Below are positions 55,031-63,386 of a DNA stretch of 64,000 bases, one piece after another; position 1 is the first letter of the stretch; the number at the start of each line of letters is the position of its first letter. Position numbers and translations under genes: made by a program. Origin of the DNA: a virus. Lineage: Duplodnaviria > Heunggongvirae > Uroviricota > Caudoviricetes. The notes under the pieces were generated by a model. The model was not told the origin of the DNA, did not search any database, and saw only the letters and a list, made by a program, of their open reading frames with translations. The stretch is from positions 83,147 to 147,146 of the IMG/VR virus record IMGVR_UViG_3300020048_000032; one strand, 5' to 3'.

Positions 55031-56020
55031 TTATTTTCTCCTTATCGGTTTTAAAACGTTATCTCGTATAAATTTAGCTATTACAACAACATCACTCTGA
55101 GTAAGGTGTCCTGCGCGGAGTCCCTCATCAATAAACGAAGTTGTCTCTGACATGCTTCCTACATTATAAAGATTATATTCTGTAGCATCCGTTGCATCTA
55201 TGTACGCTATCCCGATATACGGGGCGTTAACTAGAGGTGCAAAATCAATGAGCACAAATGCTGTAGGGGAATCTGTTGCTTTATAGAATAAGACCGGCAT
55301 ATTTAAATTCGGCATCGAAGTCTGATATAACTCTGTAGGACTGGCTTCCGGTATAGGAATCTTTTTTGCTCTAAATCTAGCCTTATCTACTAAGTCTTTT
55401 AATTTCTTTTGCCTTTGTGCCTCAATGAGAACTACTCTCAGATACCATCTAGCTTCATTTATAATGTCTTTAGCTGCGCCGAATAGCTGCATGCTCACAT
55501 GATTAGTATAGTAGGCGCCTTCATCTTTATCTTCCGTTAGCTTGCCTTTTATCTTTTTATACTCCGCAATGTTTGGTGTTGGCTGCATACCTCTAAGCTT
55601 ATTCATATATAGTACGTGGTTACTGTCCTCGTCATAATCATTAGGTGCAAAGAAATATTTACTATAACGCGATTTTTCCTTCACTAGAAAATTATAGAAG
55701 TCGAAGTCCGCCGCTGAGATATTAAAGTAATACCCGTTAAGAAATATCCTGCAGTCATCCTGTCGTTGAATATCCTGTACGGTTAACTTCTTTTTCTCTG
55801 CATGGTCGTCTTTTCTGACATATACTGTATTCTTTGAAGGTCCAGTTAAAGTTGCTGAATACCACCCTTCTGGGGAATTTTTAATCTGAATTGGTGTTCC
55901 TTTTAATAGAGGTTCGAGTTCAGCTTTAGTCTGAGCGGTAAGTGCTTGTAGTAACTTAAGATTTGCGTCCTTGTCTACAAAGGTTTCTGTAACGCTAAAT
56001 AGTTTATTATCTCTTAGCAT
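55031..56020 (-). CDS. Family C paralog 1
   Basis: DFDFYNFL; C-terminal VLIDFAPLVNAPYIG...IAKFI. Confidence 0.75.
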   Translation of the reverse strand: MLRDNKLFSVTETFVDKDANLKLLQALTAQTKAELEPLLKGTPIQIKNSPEGWYSATLTGPSKNTVYVRKDDHAEKKKLTVQDIQRQDDCRIFLNGYYFNISAADFDFYNFLVKEKSRYSKYFFAPNDYDEDSNHVLYMNKLRGMQPTPNIAEYKKIKGKLTEDKDEGAYYTNHVSMQLFGAAKDIINEARWYLRVVLIEAQRQKKLKDLVDKARFRAKKIPIPEASPTELYQTSMPNLNMPVLFYKATDSPTAFVLIDFAPLVNAPYIGIAYIDATDATEYNLYNVGSMSETTSFIDEGLRAGHLTQSDVVVIAKFIRDNVLKPIRRK

Positions 56021-57053
56021 TGTTTGCCTTCTTTCTGTCGTTAATAAACTTAGCAACAGCTCGAACAGTTTCTACAGAGATGTCCCCATTGGTTCTAAGC
56101 AAATCTATAAAGCCTAGTGTTACGGATAGCGACCCGTCTCTTGACTTATCTTCTTGAGTCCACCCTCTTGGGTCGCCTATTATTAAAGACGTACCGAAGT
56201 AAGGTTCATCTGTTACCTCACTATAATCTACAATAAGTACTGCACGCAATACACCTTCATCCTTATAGAATAGACTTGGGAAACGAATAGCATCATTGTT
56301 TAGCATATTTATAGGTGTGAGAAATCCTAGTCGTGTGTAATATCGGTCGTCACCTTCACCGTCTTCGTGAGGCTGTACAGGTAAGCCGCGTAGTTCTTTT
56401 AATCGGTTGGAATAGATTATTTTCTTAGTTGCATTCAAGGCTATACTGTCAAACAGCTTAGTAGTGTATTTAACCGCACCGTCTTGATAACTAATTAATT
56501 TAGTTCTCCACTCATTGGCTAACACCGTGCGCCTAGCTTCCATATCTTGAACATCACGACCTGACCTCTTAAGTACTGTTTTCATTGCGGTTACCGCAGG
56601 GTTCTCTGTGCCCTTATAGGGAACATACTCCGCTTTAGGGGTTCTTAATAGTGTAAGAAAATCTATATCTGAATTCCTTAATTTCTTATGGGCTTTGCCT
56701 GGTCCATGGCGATTAGTGCTAGCATTCCGACGTACCTTCTCAAGCTCTTGAAGTGATACATCATCAATAAGAATAGTTGCTTTATTAAAATCATCTATAG
56801 TATTTAAGGTATAATAGAGTGGCTTTACCATTAACAACTTATGTGTATTAGGTTCGGTAATCTTTATATCCCCATAGCTTCCATAACGGGAGGAGTGACG
56901 TTCAGCACGTAGGTCTAATCCTTTAAGGAGACTCTTAGCTGTGCGCACATCTTTAGATAGTAATGCTTTTATAATTCTTTCGTTGGCATCCTTATTTGTA
57001 GGATTGACCGCTTCATTCTGTGATATTAATTTTTCTATTACTGAATTCTTCAT
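56007..57053 (-). CDS. Family C paralog 2 (QNEAVN leader)
   Basis: DIDFLTLL; LIVDYSEVTDEPYFG...VAKFI. Confidence 0.78.
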   Translation of the reverse strand: MKNSVIEKLISQNEAVNPTNKDANERIIKALLSKDVRTAKSLLKGLDLRAERHSSRYGSYGDIKITEPNTHKLLMVKPLYYTLNTIDDFNKATILIDDVSLQELEKVRRNASTNRHGPGKAHKKLRNSDIDFLTLLRTPKAEYVPYKGTENPAVTAMKTVLKRSGRDVQDMEARRTVLANEWRTKLISYQDGAVKYTTKLFDSIALNATKKIIYSNRLKELRGLPVQPHEDGEGDDRYYTRLGFLTPINMLNNDAIRFPSLFYKDEGVLRAVLIVDYSEVTDEPYFGTSLIIGDPRGWTQEDKSRDGSLSVTLGFIDLLRTNGDISVETVRAVAKFINDRKKANNAKR

Positions 57054-57061
57054 AGCCCCTC

Positions 57062-57991
57062 CTATTTCTTTTTAGTTCTTCTCGCTGCAATAAATTTACT
57101 TACTTCTAACACAGTAGCTATAGATACTTTTTTTAGTGTACGGTAGCTGTCTACTACAGACGAGACATGTCCTATATCTCCTACGGTATCCATATCTATT
57201 CTAGGAATTGATTCTGATGTCATGCCCTTATAGAGTATCAGTCCAAAGTAAGGACTACCTACAAGCTTAGAATAGTCTATGATTAGTGTTGTAAACTCGC
57301 TGTCCACCTTCTCTACTAAGATTAAGTAATCAAACTGTAGACTTGCTACGCTACTATCGTGTACAAAAAACTTAGGCATATCTTCTTCTTTAATTTTACC
57401 AAGTTCAAGTTTACGTTCTAAAAGAACATATCTTCCTTGCTGCAATATACATAGGTCTTCTATAATACCATTTAATGAGATGGCGATTTTATAGTTAAAA
57501 TCTTTAAGCATACCTATGACTACTTGATTTGCGTGGGTCTTCTCACTATTACCGCGGTCTGCTTTTATCTTATTGTATTTAACAACTGATGGCATTTGCT
57601 GCTTTTGTTTCTTAAATTGCATACGGTACTTAGGGGACATACTGTTTAGCAATCTCCACTGTTCATCCTGTGCCGTGTTCCTAGTTGTTAACAGGGTATA
57701 CAAATCCACTTTATAAATATCTTTCATACCCCGTACTGGGTTACCGTTAATATATAAGGTAGCAGTATTGAAGTCTCTACTTGATATTTGTAATACGTTT
57801 CCTGTAGGCTTATGACGTATTCCTATTGGACCGTTGTATTCCTCTGGAGGTAATACCTCGAAGTCCTTACTGGTACGTTCATCTTTTGACAAGCGGTCCT
57901 TAGCACCTCCAGGTGTAATAATTAATGAACCTAATATTATATCGTTGACTCTTGCATTTGCAAGGTTCGCTACTTCGTTTATGATTCTCAT
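57062..57991 (-). CDS. Family C paralog 3 (MRIINEVAN leader)
   Basis: KVDLYTLL; LIIDYSKLVGSPYFG...VSKFI. Confidence 0.78.
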   Translation of the reverse strand: MRIINEVANLANARVNDIILGSLIITPGGAKDRLSKDERTSKDFEVLPPEEYNGPIGIRHKPTGNVLQISSRDFNTATLYINGNPVRGMKDIYKVDLYTLLTTRNTAQDEQWRLLNSMSPKYRMQFKKQKQQMPSVVKYNKIKADRGNSEKTHANQVVIGMLKDFNYKIAISLNGIIEDLCILQQGRYVLLERKLELGKIKEEDMPKFFVHDSSVASLQFDYLILVEKVDSEFTTLIIDYSKLVGSPYFGLILYKGMTSESIPRIDMDTVGDIGHVSSVVDSYRTLKKVSIATVLEVSKFIAARRTKKK

Positions 57992-59175
57992 TTGCGTCCC
58001 TTAGACTGCGCAATGAATCGCGCGAGTGTTGCCATCATGTGTGTAGATATTTTAGGGTAGTCTCCACGAGAGGCGTCGTTCAACCATCCAGATATTTCTG
58101 CAATAGTTCCTACACGCTCACCTGCTTTGGAAACGTAGAAGGAGGTGCTATTCTCATGCATACGAGCGTCTAATAATACAACCCCGAAGTAAGGTGCACC
58201 CATAAATGCAGAATAATCTATAATCAATCCTAAGGCAGTTTCATCTGGCCCCTTGTATGCAAAGTGAGGATAGCCGAAGTCATATAGGCTGTTAGTATTA
58301 ATCTCATCGCTAAGTACAGATACTTTCTCTAGTCCTTGTTTCTTTCTGCGGATATTCTCTACATAGTTGGTTGCTATTGCTTTCAATAATAACTCTTCAT
58401 ATAGTTCCTCTGCAAGGTCCTTAATACGATTATTATAATTCTTAATAAGGTCTATTTTTGTTTCACTTATATCTGTAAGTGAAATTTCGTGTGATTTATC
58501 TGAAACCTTTTCCTTTAAATTTTTTAATTCTTTTAAGTTAGGGTTTAGGCTATTTGATATCTCTGAATTTACCCAGTCCTTATATTTTCTTTGTATTGCC
58601 GGAAGCTCATTCTGTAAATAGTTCTGATATTCTGCATCTGTATTATAGGAGTCTCTAGTATTCGGACGCTCTATGTCATTGTACTCGTAAGGTATCCATG
58701 AGGGCGCATCGCTGTACGTGGGGTAATGCTTTGCAGTAAGTATCCCATAGTAGTCTATTTTTGTGTTGTCTCTCATCTTAGGCATGCGGCGGTTCATAGG
58801 TACCAATACATTACGGCGTTCTGTAGAATGCCAGTCAAACTTCATCGTAGGTTCTGATATAACTTCACCGTTGAATTTAACTCTAAACGCGTTTATATTT
58901 TCAACTCGAATAATATTCCAGTTATCATAATCACGTTCAAAATCAATATAGATATCATGTTTATTAGGGTCTGCCATGTTATATACGCCTATAGAGTACC
59001 GCTTGCCATTTCTAGCTGCAGCGCCGAGCCCTGTGCCTTTTAATATCTTACGAGCGTCTGCTACGCTATCTTGAAAGAATGCTTGCATTATCTTTTCATT
59101 TATTTCTTTATTTGCTGTGTTAACTGCTTCGTTAACTGCGGTTATATTTTCGATTATACTTTTGATTGTCTTCAT
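57988..59175 (-). CDS. Family C paralog 4 (IIEN...VNEAVN leader)
   Basis: KIDYYGIL; LIIDYSAFMGAPYFG...LARFI; start at 59175 after GGAGG. Confidence 0.78.
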   Translation of the reverse strand: MKTIKSIIENITAVNEAVNTANKEINEKIMQAFFQDSVADARKILKGTGLGAAARNGKRYSIGVYNMADPNKHDIYIDFERDYDNWNIIRVENINAFRVKFNGEVISEPTMKFDWHSTERRNVLVPMNRRMPKMRDNTKIDYYGILTAKHYPTYSDAPSWIPYEYNDIERPNTRDSYNTDAEYQNYLQNELPAIQRKYKDWVNSEISNSLNPNLKELKNLKEKVSDKSHEISLTDISETKIDLIKNYNNRIKDLAEELYEELLLKAIATNYVENIRRKKQGLEKVSVLSDEINTNSLYDFGYPHFAYKGPDETALGLIIDYSAFMGAPYFGVVLLDARMHENSTSFYVSKAGERVGTIAEISGWLNDASRGDYPKISTHMMATLARFIAQSKGRK

Positions 59176-59232
59176 ATGTACCTCCTGATTTCTACAACAT
59201 ATAAGCACATTATTCTGTTAGTTGTATTCTAT

Positions 59233-60153
59233 TTATTCGGTGTAGTCGAACTTATCTGATTCTAATCCTTGCCGTCTACGCCACTCTGAATCCAATTCAT
59301 TCTTACCATACTTAATATCTAGTGTTGCCTTAAGTGCTTTACCATCGTTCATAAGGTAGTGCCAGTAGATATCTTTATAAGGTACATAACGTTTAATAAG
59401 ATATTCTACCATAAAGGTTCCTAGTCCCATGCGTCTGAATTGTGGATAAACATTTATCCAGTCGATAGTAATAAAATTTCTAGACCCGTCTGGATATTTC
59501 CCTAAGCTGAAGTCTAAGTGACCTGCGTTCTCATCTGCAACAGATATATTTAGGACCATACTTTTTACTGGTCCATCTTCTGTTCGCTTAACACCGTCGG
59601 TGCTTACCTCCGCAGATAAGTCTAGGTCATCCCATATAGTTGGCTTGATAGCTTCTGTAGCTGCCTGACCTTTACGTAATCGTCGTCTCTCATCTGCTTT
59701 GTTGATACCATACTTAGCATCAAATTGTTTCTTTAGCTGAACACCATCTGGATATACTTCACCCCAGAATAACATCTCGCTGTAGCTGCCACATGATTTG
59801 AAGTAGTCTAATATCTTCTCTATCATATATGAACCTATGCCGTTACGTCTCTGCGTTGAGTCTACGTGAATCATCTTTATGAGTACAATTGGATTCACAG
59901 GAAGAACTTCCCCATAGCTTTGTCGCATGGAGTCTTCATCTGTATATGTTAGGTGTAGCACTCTAGTGTATGCAATTACTTTTGGATTGTTTTTGTCATG
60001 TACATTTAAAGTGAATACCTGTACGGTTAAACCTGCATCCCAGGAGAAAGGTTCTCCGGAAGGTTCTATTGTAGTTCTTGAATCCAATTCTGCCCACAAG
60101 GGCGAAGGCAGTATGGACTCTAGGTTTCTTATTATTTGTCTTGTAGTATTCAT
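59233..60153 (-). CDS. Tandem GNAT-family acetyltransferase (two domains)
   Basis: Motif A twice: IHVDSTQRRNGIGSYMI and INVYPQFRRMGLGTFMV. Confidence 0.82.
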   Translation of the reverse strand: MNTTRQIIRNLESILPSPLWAELDSRTTIEPSGEPFSWDAGLTVQVFTLNVHDKNNPKVIAYTRVLHLTYTDEDSMRQSYGEVLPVNPIVLIKMIHVDSTQRRNGIGSYMIEKILDYFKSCGSYSEMLFWGEVYPDGVQLKKQFDAKYGINKADERRRLRKGQAATEAIKPTIWDDLDLSAEVSTDGVKRTEDGPVKSMVLNISVADENAGHLDFSLGKYPDGSRNFITIDWINVYPQFRRMGLGTFMVEYLIKRYVPYKDIYWHYLMNDGKALKATLDIKYGKNELDSEWRRRQGLESDKFDYTE

Positions 60154-60166
60154 ACTGCCTCCTTGT

Positions 60167-62743
60167 TTAAATTACTCTTGCTATATATTCGTTTGTGCTA
60201 GACTTATAATCTATTGTTATATAGTCTTTAATCCAGTCGCAGAATTCCGCATCTAAATGTTGATAATCCATTCTCATATATCTTGGCGCATATACTTCCC
60301 GTATGATGTCAGCTATAATCCATTCGAGTACATCGACATTATCATTAGTATCTAATGAATAATAATAGGGTTCTACAATCTGTTGTCTAAGGTCTACTGC
60401 TTTAATAGAGTCTATTGTATACGCCATCTCGTGATAGTGCTCTTCATCCTCTGGATTCCATTGTACTTCACCCTCTTCATTTATATCATCACTACTATAG
60501 TTATCTGCATTATATATGAGGTCTTTGTAGTGGTCTAGAGCTAACATACATACTTGAGCAGACACGCTCTCTAGCAATTCATCTGATGCAAACAGGATGG
60601 ACTTCTTTAGGTCAGGGTACTGCTTGAGTATATACGCTTTCAACCCGTGAGGGAACCGTGTATTAAGTAACCAGTACAAATCTATTGGGTCATCATGTTC
60701 ATTCATGAAGTCACCTTCTGCGAAATGCAATTGGTACTTCTCTCCTACGTGTTCAGGTTGCTTAGGCAATAAGATAAGTAGGTTACCTTTGTTGTTATAG
60801 CTGTCGAAGTAATTATTACCTCGTGTTGCAGCTGTACACCATTCTGTATTCTGTCCGTAGTATATCGCTGCAGCTTTGTCCTTAGGAACAATCATTCTAA
60901 CATCTTCATCCGCATAAGGTTCTACTGACGACCCTTTGTCTATTGTCTCTGCTTTCTTTATAGGCTCAGGTAGATTGCTAGCAAACGTTGCAAATGCTTC
61001 AAAGTCTTCAAATCGTAGGATATCGTTGTAAGGTGAAGGTACCTTGTTCTGCTTCTTAAGCAGGTCGTATTTAACGACGTAACCTTGTATCGTACTAGAG
61101 ATATCCTCTAAGTTTGCGCCCCAAGTTCCTTTGACATAGTTCTTTATATAGAATTGCATGTACTCTTTATTCTTCGTTGGGTCGTATACTTCCATTATAT
61201 TTAGGACGTCATTGACGAGGCTTCTTCTAGTTTTCTCATCTACTTCTTTAAATGGCAAGTAGTCATGCCCCATCTTTATTAAGTCTAGTATCTCACTTTG
61301 GTCTCTCCACATCCTTTCATATATCTTCTCACCGTATAACCGATAGGTCGTGTCTACGTTGTATGCCTCGAAGGCAGGACTAAGTGATTCAACTACAGTT
61401 GACTTGCCTGTATCACTATACACTCTAACCTGCCATTTACCACTGAGGTTTTTAACTTCTATAGATTCCTTCACCCAGTCACTGAGTTCAAAGTCCTCAC
61501 CGTTAAATTTAATAAGTAAGACATCTTCTAGTATGAAGGGTAAATTACTTAATTCACTGTTAAAATCTAATCCATTGTTGTCATAGTACCCGTAGTCTAA
61601 AGTAACAAAATCTCTAATAGACTCAGCAGTCTGATTTAATTGAGTATTTAATTCTGTCTCAAACTCTGACGCCTCATAAGAATAATCTGTATATCTGAGG
61701 CCAGTGGTATCATTTACTAGATATTTATCAGAGTCTGTATATATTGCATGACCCTGAACAATAAACCCTTGTTCCTCAAGCCACAGGCGGTATCCGTAGT
61801 CATTATCTTCAATCTCATTAAATACTTCTGTAAGATGTTCGCGAACTGCTTTACCCATACGTTGCCATAAACTCTCTAACAATTCATCTGGCGCAAATAG
61901 CACCCAGTTCTTAAGGTCTACATTGAATGCATCTGTCAAATCACCGAAGCGTTTTTTAACAATAACCTCTACTCTGACAGCATCATCTTTTTCATCCATA
62001 AATGAATTGCTGTCGAAGTGTAATTGATACTTCTCGCCTGGATGTTTAGGGTGCTTGGGTATTAAGATATACAAGTCGCCGTCTTGGTTATAGTCGTCGA
62101 AGTAGTTCTTACCCTCAGTAGCTGCTGTACACCAGCGAGTACCTTGTCCATAATAGATAGCTGCTTCCTCGTCGTCTGGTCTAACAATACGCACTTCACT
62201 GTTGCTAAAGATTTCCGTTGACTTACCTTTAGATTTAGCGTCGTCAGGTACCCCTAGTGGACTAACATATTCTACAAAGTCCTTGAACCCTCTAAACTTT
62301 AGTATATCGTTATAAGGTGCAGGTATCTTATTCTTTCTTTTTAGTGTATCATACTTTATTAAGGCAGGAACAACTTTGCTTCTTATATCTTCAAATGCTG
62401 TACCCCATCCACCTGCTGCATAATTCTTTATAATAAATGTAGCGTAAGTTTTATTAGGCGTAGGGTCCATCTTTGCAAGTTCATCTATAGTCCACTTGGT
62501 AATTTCATCTTTGTGGTCCTTTGGGTCGAAGTCTATTCCGGACTTCTGCCAGCCTGACCACCATCGCCAAGCATTTATAGCACCAGCACGAAATATCTTA
62601 TCACCATATAGTCGGTAAGATACTTCTGGATTGTATGCCTCAACGACAGAAGCCAGGCTCTCGGTTACGATATCCTGGTCTTGTTTAATAATGAATTTTT
62701 TATTATAGTGCCTTACGACAGGTTTCTTATTCTTAGTTTGCAT
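60167..62743 (-). CDS. Protein with two tandem family A (DPT...WCTA...YQLHF) domains
   Basis: Internal duplication, both halves starting ES..EAYN..YRLYG.KI; start at 62743 after GAGGAG. Confidence 0.82.
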   Translation of the reverse strand: MQTKNKKPVVRHYNKKFIIKQDQDIVTESLASVVEAYNPEVSYRLYGDKIFRAGAINAWRWWSGWQKSGIDFDPKDHKDEITKWTIDELAKMDPTPNKTYATFIIKNYAAGGWGTAFEDIRSKVVPALIKYDTLKRKNKIPAPYNDILKFRGFKDFVEYVSPLGVPDDAKSKGKSTEIFSNSEVRIVRPDDEEAAIYYGQGTRWCTAATEGKNYFDDYNQDGDLYILIPKHPKHPGEKYQLHFDSNSFMDEKDDAVRVEVIVKKRFGDLTDAFNVDLKNWVLFAPDELLESLWQRMGKAVREHLTEVFNEIEDNDYGYRLWLEEQGFIVQGHAIYTDSDKYLVNDTTGLRYTDYSYEASEFETELNTQLNQTAESIRDFVTLDYGYYDNNGLDFNSELSNLPFILEDVLLIKFNGEDFELSDWVKESIEVKNLSGKWQVRVYSDTGKSTVVESLSPAFEAYNVDTTYRLYGEKIYERMWRDQSEILDLIKMGHDYLPFKEVDEKTRRSLVNDVLNIMEVYDPTKNKEYMQFYIKNYVKGTWGANLEDISSTIQGYVVKYDLLKKQNKVPSPYNDILRFEDFEAFATFASNLPEPIKKAETIDKGSSVEPYADEDVRMIVPKDKAAAIYYGQNTEWCTAATRGNNYFDSYNNKGNLLILLPKQPEHVGEKYQLHFAEGDFMNEHDDPIDLYWLLNTRFPHGLKAYILKQYPDLKKSILFASDELLESVSAQVCMLALDHYKDLIYNADNYSSDDINEEGEVQWNPEDEEHYHEMAYTIDSIKAVDLRQQIVEPYYYSLDTNDNVDVLEWIIADIIREVYAPRYMRMDYQHLDAEFCDWIKDYITIDYKSSTNEYIARVI

Positions 62744-62751
62744 ATGTCTCC

Positions 62752-62886
62752 TCAATTCGTAAGTTTTACGAGTTTATTCTGCATATCTTTAGTTACCGAA
62801 TCCACTACCGTAAGTAAGATTAATTCTTCTTCCATATCCTCTAATCCAACTAAGATTAAGAATATCTCTTCGTCACGCAACCTCAT
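62752..62886 (-). CDS. Small 44-aa hypothetical protein (MRLRDEEIFLILVGLEDMEEE...)
   Basis: Manual translation; fills the 120-nt gap; GAGG upstream; stop abuts the RBS of the next gene. Confidence 0.45.
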   Translation of the reverse strand: MRLRDEEIFLILVGLEDMEEELILLTVVDSVTKDMQNKLVKLTN

Positions 62887-63385
62887 GAGATTCATCCTCA
62901 AGTATCATATCGTAAATTCGTGGATAACCTTCTATCTTGAATCCTGCTTTATGAAAGTCCTTTAGCCGTTCTATCTGCTGCGGCGTTGGTTCAACTCGTG
63001 AAGGCACAACTACGACACCATCTGTATGGAATTCAGCGACTACAATTAAATTATATATCTCTGCTAGTTCCTTATCCATTACAGGATGCTGGTCGTAGTG
63101 GCCGTTACTTTTGCGTTTAGTTATATCTATACCATAACTAAATACTCCGCGGTCATATATCTCTTGGTGAAATATATCCCTACCAAGCCCGTAATTGTCC
63201 TGCATCGCACTATCTGTTGCGCCTAGTATTCTACCATCGGGAAAGATAAACATTGCACTGGCGTCAGGTGTGGCCTTCTCTTCGAATGCATACTGCTCAC
63301 TATGTGTTAGCGAACTAAATAGATTGTTCGCTGCATCGATGTCTAAGTTCTTAAGTGATTCTATTATCGCCTTAGTCTGCTTCAT
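62873..63385 (-). CDS. Family B hypothetical protein with AIIES leader
   Basis: MKQTKAIIESLKNLD...ASAMFIFPDGRILG...YNLIVVAEFHTDG; paralog of 44584..45057. Confidence 0.75.
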   Translation of the reverse strand: MKQTKAIIESLKNLDIDAANNLFSSLTHSEQYAFEEKATPDASAMFIFPDGRILGATDSAMQDNYGLGRDIFHQEIYDRGVFSYGIDITKRKSNGHYDQHPVMDKELAEIYNLIVVAEFHTDGVVVVPSRVEPTPQQIERLKDFHKAGFKIEGYPRIYDMILEDESHEVA

Positions 63386-63386
63386 G

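Noticed and set aside
59176-59232. CTTATAT...AGAA(A/G)TCAGGAGG shared by the gaps upstream of 57988..59175 and the homing endonuclease, as a possible late promoter
   Set aside because: Only two instances, different spacing, and much of the match is the RBS itself; not enough to call without TSS data.
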